Below the pieces are notes generated by a model, which saw only the letters and a list, made by a program, of their open reading frames with translations, had not been told where the DNA came from and made no database searches. DNA of 64,000 nt from Torpedo marmorata (Eukaryota): assembly GCA_977017645.1 (NCBI GenBank), contig OZ360225.1, positions 111,600,001 through 111,664,000 on the forward strand, read 5' to 3'. A program made the translations under genes and the position numbers. Each line of letters begins with the position of its first letter. Position 1 is the first letter of the stretch. Below are positions 1 through 11,805 of the stretch, piece by piece.

Positions 1-1178
1 GACAGCAAAGATGCATACAAAGATGCTCTTTATTGACTACAGTTCAGTATTTAACACCATCATCCCCTCAAAACTGATCAGCAATCTTCAACATCCCACT
101 GTGTAATTGGATCCTTGATTTTCTCACCTCCAGACCACAATCAGTGAGGATTGGTAAGAACATCTCCTCCACAATCTCCATTTGTACAGGAGCACCCCAG
201 GGCTGCGTTCTTAGCCCCCTGATCTACTCACTTTACACCTATGACTCGGTACGACAATAACACCATCTACAAATTCACTGATGATACCATGATAGTGGGT
301 TGTATAAAAAGGGCCGATGAGTCAGCATTCAGGAGGGAGATTTAAAACTTGGCCAAATGGTGCACCAACAACAACCTCACACTCAATGTCACCAAAACCA
401 AGGAGTTGATTGTTGACTTCAGGAAGAGAAAACCAGATATGTATGATCCAGTGATCATTGGGGCATCAGAGGTGCAGCTGGTGAGCAAATTTAAGTTCTT
501 GGGAGTCACTATCTCGGATGATCTTTCCTGGAGCCAACACACTAATGACATCATGAAGAAAGCACGTCAGCACCTCTACTTCCTCAGGAGTTTGCGGAGA
601 TTTGGTATGATATCAGAAACCCTGACAAATTTCTACAGGTGTGTGGTGGAAAGTGTGCTGACCGGCTGCATCACGGTCTGGTATGGGAACACCAATACCC
701 CTGAGTAGAAAACCCTGCAAAAGGTAGTGGACTCAGCCCAGGACATCACAGGCAAAACCTCCCCAACATCAAGAACTTCTTCAGGGAACGCTACTGTCAG
801 AGAGCAGCAGCAATCATCAAGGATCCATGTCACCCAGCACACGGTCTGTTCTCGCTGCTACCATGAGGAAAGAGGTATAGGTGCCACAAACTCACACAAC
901 CAGGTTCAGGAACAGCTGCTACCCCTCCACCATCAGTCTCCCCAACAATAAACTAAATCAGGGACTCTAAAATTTGCACTTTATTTTTTGATTTTTTTCC
1001 TCTCTGTATTGCACAGTCAGTTGTTTACATTTCTTTATTTGTTTACTGTGTACAGTTTTTTTTTGCACTACCAGTAAGTGGTAATTCTGCCTTGCCTGCA
1101 GGAAAAATAATCTCAGGGTTGTATGTGATGTCATTGATAGTATGTCCTCTGACAATAAATTTGAAATCTGAATCTGAA
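1..1178 (+). mobile_element. Rex1/Babar-type LINE, 3' part (degraded RT and 3' tail)
   Basis: ORF 349-708 has KTKELIVDFRK...FKFLGVTISDDLSWSQH...KKARQHLYFLRSLRRF...FYRCVVESVLTGCITVWYG, typical of the Rex1/Babar RT C-terminus. It ends in AATAAA plus (ATCTGA)n at ~1154-1178. Confidence 0.85.
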
Positions 1179-1189
1179 ATTTTATGTTT

Positions 1190-2300
1190 CCTGCAGCTGT
1201 CTGCTATCTCTCTACAGATTTGCTCCTACAATGCTCATTGACTATTGGGCAGTCTATTATTCAACCCCATGAGTATGGTCATACCTTTCCCATTTTTCAG
1301 CTTCACCCATATAGCCTCAGTAGACGAGCCCTCTTGTCTGTTCTGCCTGAGCACAGCTGTGATATTTTCCCTGACGAGCAATGGCACTCCTCCCCCTTTC
1401 TTCTCCCCCCCCCTGTTCTATCCCAACTGCCAGTCCCGCCCCTCCTGCAACCAAGTATCACTAATGGCCACAATGTCATAATTCCTCGTGCTAATCCACG
1501 CTCTAAGCTCATCTGCCTTTCCATCAATACTACTTGCATTGAAATAGATGCACCTGACAACATTTCCACCACGTAAAAACTGTTGACTTCTAATGATAAA
1601 TGCAATTTTCACATCATCTTTTCCCTCCTCTACTCCTCTATCTGCTCTGGCACTCTGGTTCCCATCCACCCTGCAAATCTAGTTTAAACCATCTGGAGCA
1701 GCACCAGCAAACCTTCCTGCAAAGTTATTAGTCCCTTTCCAGGTGCAAACTGTCCCATCGGAACAGGTCCCACCTTCCCTGGAAGAGAGGCCAATGATCC
1801 AGAAACCTAAAACCCTCCCTCCTGCACCATGTCTTTAGCCACATGTTAAGCTGCATTATCCTCCTATTTCTAACCTCACTAGCACGTGGCATGGGTAACA
1901 ATCCTAAGATCAAAACCCTGGAGAACCTGTCCTTCAACCTAGCGCCTAACTCCCTGAACCCTCCTTACAGGACCTCCTCACCCTTCCTACCCACTTCATT
2001 GGTCCCTACATGGACCACGACATCTGGCTGCTCACCCTCCCTCTTGAGAATGCTGTGAACTCGATCTGAGATATCTCGGACCCTGGCACCAGGGAGGCAA
2101 CATACCATCTGTGATTCTGATCCCTTCCACAGAACCTCTTATCAGTTCCCCTAACTATGGAATCCCCTATTACTACAGCTCGTCTCTTCTCCTCCATTCC
2201 CTTCTTAGCCACAGGACCAGACTCCGTGCCAGAGACCTGATCGCTGTGGCTTGCCCCTGGTGGGTCGTTCCCCCAACCCATATCCAAAATGGTATACTTA
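1190..2300 (-). mobile_element. CR1-type LINE fragment: ORF1 SGNH-esterase-like domain and start of ORF2 endonuclease
   Basis: Frameshifted ORFs give RRAVVIGDSIVRGTDKRFCGRD and LNMWLKTWCRREGFRFLDHW...DSLHL (CR1 ORF1 esterase), then CIYFNASSIDGKADELRAWI...YDIVAISDTWLQ (APE N-terminus). Confidence 0.85.
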
Positions 2301-3139
2301 AAAATGATTTGATAAAATTTATAAATACATTATATTTTCTTTTTCAAAAACTGGAAGAATTTTCAAAAATAACACTTTAGGAAGTTTAATCGTCAATGCA
2401 ATATTTTTACTTTTAGTTCTCCAGAAATTCCATGCTACTTCCCTAAAACTGAAAATTTTACACTGGCTGACTTTAATGTTTCTCTCTTATTTCAACAGAG
2501 ATGTACTTGGAGGATAATCGGTGTAATTATAATGCATTCCTCTGCACAATGAATGCAGTAAGGTTTTGGATGTCCATTAGCTCAAATTATAGAACCTGAT
2601 TCTTGATCATAAGTTGAGATCCAATGTGAGATTCTTCTTACCTATGGAGATTCTCTCATTCCTGTCTGAATTTGCATTTGCAGTCAATTCAGTGCAAAGC
2701 AGTATTTTGAAGATGCTGATTCAAAAACTTGCTTACTTTTTATTGAGAAGCATACATCTGAGCTACTTGTTCCAAACATTAAAATTTGAAGTTGTATCCA
2801 AGCAAGCATGATGCTTTATCGCACCCAGTTGCAAAAGTCACGATTTTCACATCTGAGGCTTTTATCTAGGGAACAATTAAAACATTGTATATAACAATAA
2901 TTTGTTGATGAAGAGATAATTTGATTTCAAACTGATATTTGGATCTTTCATTTTAAGTGTATTTTTAATATATATGCTTTTCAAAAGATATTATAAGCAA
3001 GTTAATTTTTATAGAAGATAACTAATAAGTTCTTAAATATCAAAGTTCCCCGAATAACACATTAATATCCAAACAGACTGAAAATGATTATTTCAAAAGC
3101 ACAAACTGCATACCTATAATCAATGTCACTGAAGTGAAG

Positions 3140-4605
3140 ACAATAGAGATAGCTTCAAGTTCCTTGGAGTAAACATCTTCAATGACCAGACCTGGACCAA
3201 CCACAATGACACAATGGCCAAGAAAACACGCCAACACCTCTGCTTTCTTGGAAGATTAAGGAGGTTAGACAAGTCCTCCATGTCCCTGAACAACTTACAC
3301 AGGTGCACCCTCAAAAGCATACTAGCTGGATGCATCACAGTGTGGTTTGTGATCTCCTCTGCCAACGATCGGAAGAAACAGGTGGATTACAATGCTCGTA
3401 AATGTGACTTTGGAAGGAAAAATAGGAGATCAGCATATTATTTAAATGGTAAAATATTGCAGCTTGCTGTTGTGTTGAGGAATTTGGGAGTGCTTGTGCA
3501 TGAATCACAAAAAGTTGGTTTGCAGGTACAACATGTAATCAAGAGGCAAATGGAATGTTGGCCTTCATTGCTAGAGGAGTTGAATTTAAGAGCAGGGAAG
3601 TACTGCTGCAGCTGTACAGGGTACATGTGAGGCCACCTCTGGAGTTCTGCATGCATTTCTGGTCTCCATGCTTGATAAAGGATATACTGACTTTGGAGGC
3701 AGTACAAAGGATGTTCACTAAGTTTATCGTGGAGATGAAGGGGTTAGTCTATGAGAAGAAACTAAGTTTCCTGGGACTATACATGGTGGAATTCAGAAGA
3801 TTTAGTGGATTTTATTGAAACATAAAATGGACATATGTATAAGATAGAGGCAGGAAAGTTGTTTCCACTGGTAGGTGAGACAACAACTAGGGGGACATAG
3901 CATTAAGATTCGGGAGAGTAGATTATAGGATGGAGATGAGGAGGAACTAACTTTCCCAAAGAGTAGTGAATCTATGGAATTTTATGCTGTCTCGTTAAAT
4001 ATATTTAAGACAGTTAGATATATATTTTACATAGTATGGGGATGAAGGGTTATGTAGAGAAGACAGGTGGGTGGAGCTGAGTTCACAGCCCGATTAACCA
4101 TGATCTTATAACATAGCGGAGCAGGCTTGATGGACCAGATGGCCTACTCCTGCTCCTATTTCTTATGTTCTTGTGTGTAAGCTGCAGAATGTGCCAAATG
4201 CAGTGCAAACCTCCCTCTGCTCTATTAAATCCATCTGCACCTCCCACTGCCTAGGTAAGACAGCCAACATACTGAAAGACCCATCACACCCCAGACACAC
4301 TCTCTTTACTCTCCTCCCATCTGGGAAAAGGTTCAAGAGCATGAATTTCCCTACCTACCAACAGGCTTAAAGACACTTTCTTCTCCACAGCCATCAATTA
4401 ACCCCACAATAGTGCTCCCATGCTGCCCGTGCTGTGTACTAATTGATATTATTTTTCATTGTAAATTTTGCTTGGCAACATGTGTTTTTAACTCTGCTAT
4501 TTTGTATTGCTATATAAATGTCAGAGTGAACTTGCTCGACTATTCACAGAAGAACTCTTTTCACTGTATCCAGTATAATGTGACAATAAACTTGAATTTA
4601 AGAAC
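3140..4605 (+). mobile_element. Rex1/Babar LINE 3' fragment, interrupted by a CR1 at ~3380-4172
   Basis: KKTRQHLCFLGRLRR...SILAGCITVW lies before 3380 and ANILKDPSHPRHTLFTLLPSGKRFKS after 4172. There is an AATAAA-cttgaa tail near 4585-4600. Confidence 0.75.
3380..4172 (+). mobile_element. CR1-type LINE 3' fragment nested in Rex1
   Basis: MLAFIARGVEFKSREVLLQLYRVHVRPPLEFCMHFWSP...LEAVQRMFTK, followed by the CR1 3' end GGCCTACTCCTGCTCCTATTTCTTATGTTCTT. Confidence 0.85.
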
Positions 4606-4699
4606 TTGAATGTTGTCGCTCTGTACAATCATCTTCTTTGGCACTTCCTCAGGATCAATATTGACTTGCTTCCACTTCAATTTTGGGGTTCTGAGTTCC

Positions 4700-6150
4700 A
4701 AATGGGAAACAGCAGACTTTTCCACAAAATGGGGCAGCCAGTGGCTGGCTGGGCATGTGAGTGGGTAGTTTGGTGCTCTCCTTCCATTGCTTGTGCAAGG
4801 CCTTTATGTACCAGAAGTAAGTAGGGATGCTGCATTTCTTCAAGGAGACTGAGCACATCCTGACTCTTTTCCTCTGTCTGCCTGGTAATACCTAATTTGA
4901 TAGAGCTTGGAATAGAGTATCTGTTTTGCGAGTCTTGTGCTGGTGTGCAAACCACATGGCCCACCGAACATGGCTAATTGAGTGTAACAATGACCTCAAT
5001 ACTGAGGATGTTGGCTTGGGAGAGCAAAAACTCTTCAGTGGAGTTGAAGCAGTTTGCAGAAACAACACGGGTAGAATATGTCCAGTGCTTACTGTAGGTA
5101 GTCTAGCTCTCAGAAGCACATAGGAGGGCAGAGATCAATGTTGCCCAGTAGACCATGAGTTTTGTGCCAGGTCTGATGTATTGATCGCCAAATACTCTAT
5201 TCTTCAATCATCCAAAGACTGCAGTGGCACAGGGAAGAAGATGCTGAATTTTCATCATGGTTGTCTTCACTATGAAGTGGCTCCTGGGAAATGGGAAGTG
5301 GCCTCTTGTTTTCCAGTGTGTTGCCACTAACCTTTATAACTGGAGGGAAATGTAATGTAGCAATTTCAGGTTAGTAGAGGATCTTTATCGAGTGGATGTT
5401 GAATGCAAGACCCATCCTCTTGTATGCTTCAGTCCAAGTGTCAACAGTGGCTTGGAGCTTTGCCCCTGAGTCCATGTCAGTGTAAATGCTGTTTGTGTAC
5501 TCGAGCTCGACAAATGAGGTTTGGTTTACTTTAGTTCTAGAGTAAAGGCATCTGAGGTTGAAGAGCTTCCTATTAGCTCTTAAGGTTAGCTTTACTTCCA
5601 CAGGAAGTTTATCAGCTACAACACTGTGAAAGGAAATATTGATTAAGCCACTGGGGCAGTGATGCAACCTTGTTTGACCTGGTTTTAACTGATTGGTTTG
5701 GTTGTTGGCCCATTGATTAGTCTCATAACATGCATGCCATTGTGGAGCAAGTGAATGATGCAGATGAATTTCTGTGGCAGTAGAGTTTGAGGGCACTCTA
5801 CAACGCATCTCATCTGATGGAGACAAAGGCTCTGGTGAGGTCAAAAAAGGTAATATATATTTGCCACTATTCTCTTCATTTTTCTTGGATATGTCGCATG
5901 AAGAAGATCAGGCCCATCATGAAGAAGATCAGGCCCATCGTGCTTCTATATGAACAGAATCCACACTGGGATCCCAGGATGATCTTTGCATTGGCTTCCC
6001 TGCGGTGGGCAGCAGGAAGACCACTTTTAATTTCCACAGTTGATACACCTGCTTTTTTAAAAATGGTCACGATCATAGCACCTCTGAGGTCCCCTGAAAT
6101 ATTTCCCTCTTCCCAGATCTTACTGGTGCTAAATGCTGCTGGACTATTTA
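4700..6150 (-). mobile_element. Degraded RTE-clade LINE
   Basis: IWEEGNISGDLRGAMIVTIFKK, SQCGF..RSTMGLIF and LFNLRCLYSRTKV...LQATVDTWTEAYKRMGLAFNI match RTE RT motifs. Boundaries are approximate. Confidence 0.7.
5897..5938. repeat. Perfect 21-bp tandem duplication inside the RTE remnant
   Basis: CATGAAGAAGATCAGGCCCAT occurs twice (5897-5917, 5918-5938). Confidence 0.95.
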
Positions 6151-6390
6151 CCATTCATCCAATTTTACAAAAACAACTTCTTCCCCTCTGCCATCAAATT
6201 TCTGAACAGACAATGAACCCATAGACACTACCACACTTTTTTCTCCTTTTTGCACTAATTGATTATTTTTAAATAATGTATTTATGGAACTGTATTTTAT
6301 AGTAATTTTGCACCTATAATGCACAATACTGCTGCCACAAAACAACAAATTTCATGACACATGTTCATGACAATAAACCTGATTCTGATT
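6150..6390 (+). mobile_element. Rex1-type LINE 3' tail
   Basis: AACAACTTCTTCCCCTCTGCCATCA...GCTGCCACAAAACAACAAATTTCATGACA...AATAAACCTGATTCTGATT, the same tail family as 35248-35600. Confidence 0.75.
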
Positions 6391-6399
6391 AGTTATCTT

Positions 6400-7100
6400 C
6401 ATCATCATGGCTCCAAAACAACAGCACCAACAGAAGAATTGTCGCATTAAGAATAATATCAAAGCTCCACAGAACTCTACAAAACTAGTTCTTCTCACAA
6501 ATAACTAATCAACACCCAGCCTATATGAGCCACAAAGTGTCCACAGATTATGGACTGCCTTGCAATCCACCATAATAGGCACCTGTGCACTCTTGCCTCT
6601 GCAGTGAAAAGAACTTCTCCGGTTGACAAAAATGACCAGGAGATCAAGGGCTAATTACTGCAAACATAAGGCATTCCAGTATTGGAAGCTTCTCAATAGA
6701 AAATAAACAGGTTTACAAGCATCTGATCACCTATGACTGAAAGAACAGTTGGTCGATCAAGTGAACGCAGGAGATTCAATAGTTGCTGAGGCCATGAAAT
6801 TATTTACTGAATCTCCTGCACTCATTCAGTTTTAGCCATCAACTGCCCAAACATTCAAAGCTTCAACTCATTGAGAGTCAGGAAGAGAGGAAACTCATCA
6901 GAAATAAAAAGCCATTGGGAGGAATACTTCAAGGATATATTTATCAGATCAGTGGACCTGTCTTTGACGTGCACACACTTGACTCCATTACAAGGCAGTC
7001 TTTCTGGGCCAGCCTTGCTACCACTCTTGACTGGTCACATCCCAACAAAGGTAACAAGGCCTCAGGAGCAGACAGTCTCTACTGAAACCTGAAGATTATT
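6400..7100 (+). mobile_element. Highly degraded RTE-like LINE fragment
   Basis: IKSHWEEYFKD resembles the RTE linker motif (RW.EHF). The rest is heavily decayed. Confidence 0.4.
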
Positions 7101-7419
7101 TCATCCACTTTCAAAAGTGCATGAATATTAAAAAGTACCAACATCTAAATAAAACTCTTTGGATACTCAACAAAGCCTTCAAAATGAAGAGAGAAGTGAA
7201 TCATCAAAATCTTAAGAAGAGCACAATGATTTTTTGTAATTTACTTGCAATCTCTGTTTGCTTCCAATGAGATTCTGAACACACACACACACACATTGAT
7301 TATAGAGAAAGTGACTTAAATATAAAAGAGGCAAAAAGAAAGACAGGTGTTGGATGGATGGGTGAATTGATAGATGGATATGAAACATTAAATATTAACT
7401 CAATTTTAATGAAATAAAT

Positions 7420-7740
7420 GTATGTGCATTTATGTAGCCAATTTATGCACATCATTTTACCACAAACAGCAATGGAAGAATTATCATATTAAGTGTCCTT
7501 AGTAGTATTGGTTCAGGATAAATATTAGCTGGGGCACCAGGGATAATTCCCTTGGTTTCCTCAGAACAGTGTTGGCAACCTGCAAGACTGTCGAGACTTC
7601 GAGTTAATATTTCAAGTGACAGATGGCACCCGCACCAGAGTAGCACTCCCTCAGTTCTATTCTGTGTGCATAGACTTTTTGTTCTTAAGTTTATGGAATG
7701 GGATTTGAAGCCAGAAACCTCTAATTTAAAGAACTACTGC
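7420..7740 (-). mobile_element. Deu-domain SINE (SacSINE1/AmnSINE-like) remnant
   Basis: Contains ATAAATATT.GC..GG.CACCAGGGATAA.TCCC and GATGGCACC...AGCACTCCCTCAG, the reverse complement of the Deu-SINE core, then a B-box-like GGGATTTGAA.CC. Confidence 0.7.
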
Positions 7741-9189
7741 TCACAATAGAGAAATTATAGATTACATACAAGACAGAGATTGGCAGTGGATCAGGGTAAT
7801 GTAACAAACCGTTTTCCTAAATCACAATACCATGCATTTATGAGCAAATTGAACGAATAAATTGATGAACTAAAATTGAAGATTAAACATTTGAGCACTG
7901 TGCTATATTACCTTTGTGCTCCAACTGAATTATGCTAAGATTCTGCTCTAAACTTCAAAGAATTGAGTGTCAAAGAAATGCAAGATCCTAAGATATCATG
8001 TGTTCAACATAAAGTTTCACATATTTTGTTCTCATTTTAACATTTAAAGTTATATATTTCAGAACTGTCCAATTTGAGGTGTCAGCTGTGATTCTGCCGG
8101 TAGATCCCTTAAATCAAAATCCCCTTCCAGAAACCCAGGTAAATTAAAACTTAGTGCTTTCCCAGTGCAGTTGGAGATACAAGTCTAGAAATAGTCAATT
8201 AGTGCTTGTTTTTTTTTTTTGCAAAAATTGTGCATAAACTGATATAAGCCTTGAGTAGATCATGCCGTTTATCATTTCCTGCTGAAATTATGCCTATTAC
8301 ATGCACTATTTCCACCGGCACACATGCTATTTTCCTGTATCATAAGTCCATTTGATGGCATTAATATTTGCACAATGCCTATTTTTACCCTTACTGACAT
8401 AAATTGGAGCTGAAAGCTGCAATCTATGACCTTTGTGGATCAACCTCAGTGAAACCAGGAAAATACTGTTTATTTTTATACAGTATTTAAAGGAATGACA
8501 TTGGGATCTGACTGGGTAGCATCACATCTCACTGCAGACAGTCTTACACTTTCTAAAATCCACAGAGTATATGTACACTAACAGGAGTGCTCTCTTTTGC
8601 ATTTATTTGCTGAGAAACTGAATCAATAGGAGCCCCAGTGTTGACACTACTGGCAGTTCAAATTACTTAAGGCTGCCTTCTCAGGGTGGATCAGGACTTC
8701 AGGGCAGAAGACAAAAATAGTCCCCATTAGTAAAGACCCTCCTCCCATGGAGACTTCAAAGATAATGCATCCTTCCCGGATCTCCCCATTGAACAATGTA
8801 TTCTACAGGCTTAAGTCTTCTGAGGGTGTGACAACAGAGGTAGGTCACATTCTGCCGAGAAACATTCAGCCACACTCTCATGCTCTCTCTGGGGAGATCA
8901 AGTATTCACAATGACTTTTCCACATGGCTCCAGCAGATTCCTGGATATCTGTTGCTGTTCACTGCTATTGAAAGGACACCCAAACACCATATTCATGGAA
9001 AAAATGAATTCTTCAGCATTGATTTCAGTGAGCATCTTGGCATTGAAATTTGCCACCATTCCCCATTAGGATTCTCCTTAATAACTGGGGCCTTTTAACA
9101 ACTTCCTCAAAGTACAGCGAGCTGAGGATCATCAGAAGAATTTTATCATGATGAATGACATGTTTCTGAGCACACATAATATATTAGTA

Positions 9190-9435
9190 AAACACGAAAG
9201 TCTGCAGACACCGTGATTGAAGTAAAAACACAATGCTGGAGAAACTTAGCAGGTCAAACAGTGTACATTATGTAGCAAAGATAAAGATACATAACCAATG
9301 TTTCAGGCTTCAGCCCTTCATCAAGGTATGAACAAAATGTGGGCTCAAGCCCAAAATGTTGATTATGTATCTTTATCTTTAGTACATAAAGTACACTATT
9401 TGACCTGCTAAGTTTCTCCAGCATTGTGTTTTTAC
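9190..9435. mobile_element. Penelope-like element termini in inverted orientation (95-bp arms 9222-9316 and 9341-9435)
   Basis: The arms are near-perfect reverse complements and carry the TGACCTGCT.AGTTTCTCCAGCATTGTGTTTTTAC motif also seen after the GIY-YIG fragment at 41770-42310. Confidence 0.8.
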
Positions 9436-9720
9436 ATATAATACATTGATTCTCAGACATCGTCAATGGACAGCACTGCCCTGAATGAAGGGACAATGTG
9501 ACAAGGGCTACCCCTACTCCCTGACTCCTCATAGTGTGTTCTTCAAACACAGCAGCTGAGTGACTTCTAAACAAATTATGGCAAAGAAGAATGCTTGGCC
9601 CATCATGTTCATTCCAGCCTAATCCCACTTTCTGGCAGTTGGTCCATAGCCCTAAAGCTCCTTGTTCTTTAAGCACAAAATCTAGATTTAACTGAGTTTA
9701 ATTACTCCCAACTATTATAA

Positions 9721-10336
9721 CACAGGACAACAAATATTTTTCAAAAGGTTTGCTTCCTGAAAAAAAATTTGGGATTTTGATAGACAACTTCAAGATGGAC
9801 ACAAAGATCATTTCAGATTTGCTGTATCACATAGGAAGTTGGAGAAACATTAAATTAGCTTTTATTGAATTTAGCATGTTTAATCGCATAATGATGCTGA
9901 CACATTGTGTTAGTTCAACTGACCTAAAAATGTTTTGCCGCTGATTTTCATTTGTACTCAGCATCTGATGCCTCTCGTGTCAGTGTCCAACAATAGTCGG
10001 CCAGCATTGATGGATTCCAGTTGCCCTGATACCTCTTTTCCATGGTCGCAATGTCCTGGTGAAACCTTTCATCATGTTTGTCACTGACTGCACCAAGATC
10101 AGCAGGAAGAAGTCCAAGTGCGAATGCAGAAAATGAATTTTCAATGACATGTTGCACTTTATGGTTTTGTATGCTTGAAGTAGACTTAAAATATGACAGG
10201 AAATCACAAAAATAGGTTATATCTAAAAAAACAGTATGTGGTAGGAAAATCTTAAGATGATTTTCGTGATCAGCAGCCCAAAATCCATAAAATATACCCA
10301 AAAGTGTTCAGGAAGCAAAATCTTCGTTATCCAGTG
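9721..10336 (-). mobile_element. Chapaev3 (CMC superfamily) DNA transposon, internally deleted
   Basis: CAC...GTG termini, imperfect TIRs (CACAGGACAACAAATATTTTT versus CACTGGATAACGAAGATTTTT), and a TAA TSD at 9718-9720 and 10337-10339. Transposase C-terminus: CNMSLKIHFLHSHLDFF and LGAVSDKHDERFHQDIATMEKRYQGNWNPSMLADYCWTL. Confidence 0.85.
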
Positions 10337-10654
10337 TAATCTGTCCTTGGATTTTTAACCCATTAAGTTGACCACTATGCCACCACACACATTGAATAGG
10401 TAACAAAACCATAAATGAATCAATGTGGAATGTTACACTGGTGTAAAAATAAGGCTGTGTTGCCTCACCAGAGGACAGCGGCAGTACCTGCCAACCAAAT
10501 GTAAAAACTTCAGCGGAGCAGAGGAGGCAGGCATGGCCTACATAGGATATATGAGCTCCTTCAGATCACAGTCCTCTAAGCAAAAATAGTGACCCCCACC
10601 CTTCTAACTCCATTGGCTACTAAGAACACACTCCACTAACAATCAGAAGGAAGA

Positions 10655-10850
10655 TCAAAGCAGAAAATCTTTGGAAACCCTCAGCAGGCCGTACAATCAG
10701 AACTGGCATCTAATGAAATTCTGATGAAGGGGCTTCAGCCTGAAACATTTATCATGTTTCCTGTTCTATACATGCAGCCTGGTCTATTAGTGTTTCCATT
10801 TTTGGGGGGTGTGGGGTATTTTAGTTCATATTTTCAGCATATGCAGTTTT
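10655..10850. mobile_element. Old Penelope-like terminal remnant with hammerhead-like core
   Basis: CTGATGAAGGGGCTTCAGCCTGAAAC at 10721-10746, flanked by decayed inverted GGAAA.CCTCAGCAGG-type motifs. Confidence 0.55.
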
Positions 10851-11624
10851 TTTTAAAATTGCCAATCAGATGAGAGAGCCCAGATAGCACTTAACAATCC
10901 CTCACTTGCTGCTTTACAGGTCCACATGCTGATTTTTGGACATCAATAAATGAATCCCTGATCCAACCATTAAAATGGCATGTTGCAGGGTGGTCTGTCA
11001 CTCACCCTGACATTGTTTCTGAGGACGTGAAATGTAATTATGCATTGCTCAATTGAATAGATAATCTCACTCCTGCAGAAGGCAACTGTAGTCACCTCCT
11101 GCCAGTCCCTTCTCACATTGGCCACAGTGGTCTTCTGCTACCATCCACCCCCACCCTCCCCCAGCACACAGGACCTCCCTCCCAGCATGTATCTCACAGA
11201 AGAGATTGTCAGGGTGTTTTACTAAATTTGGGAGCGTCCTCCCTCTCCCTTGCAATCACTCTTTCTTCCATGGCAACTATTGTGACTGTTGCTGGTGTCC
11301 AACTGACATGAGGAGTGTGCCTTTAAAGGTATCGTTAGCTTCTCATTGGTGCCTACTCAAGCTATTTAAATTAAGTGGGGTCGCATCGAAAATAGTGCAA
11401 GTCCCGTTTTGATTCGGAGAATTAGCGACCTATTTCAAACATCTTTTTGCCCAATTTCACATTCGTTTTTAACGACAGCTTAGTGTTAAAGGGAATAAAA
11501 TTAATCTCAAGATATCTTTGAGCTGAGAACTAACAGCAAGGCCGCGTCTACTCTCTCCAATGGATTCAAAGTTCACACTTTCTATTTGCTTGAAAGCCTG
11601 GCTAATATTTTTCCCTCACTCAGC

Positions 11625-11805
11625 GTTTCTGAAACAGATTTTGTGGCTATTATCACATTGCTGCTCGAGGGAGTTAACTCAGTGCAATACACGGTTAAGT
11701 GTCAGTTCCCTGCATTAGAATGTCAAAAATACTTCACTTGGTGTAAAGCGCTTTGGAACATCCTGAAAGGGAAGTGAAAGGCGCGATATTGTACAAATCT
11801 TTCTT
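11625..11805 (+). mobile_element. Deu-SINE/AmnSINE-like 3' tail
   Basis: TTATCACATTGCTG...AAATACTTCACTTGGTGTAAAGCGCTTTGGAACATCCTGA...GTGAAAGGCGCGATAT closely resembles the AmnSINE1/SacSINE 3' tail. Confidence 0.7.

Noticed and set aside
7279-7295. (AC)n microsatellite and G/C homopolymers (26061, 33364)
   Set aside because: Common simple repeats with no further structure.
10457-10482. RE1-like CACCAGAGGACAGCGGC
   Set aside because: The spacer is 3 nt instead of 2 and the left half-site lacks TCAG.
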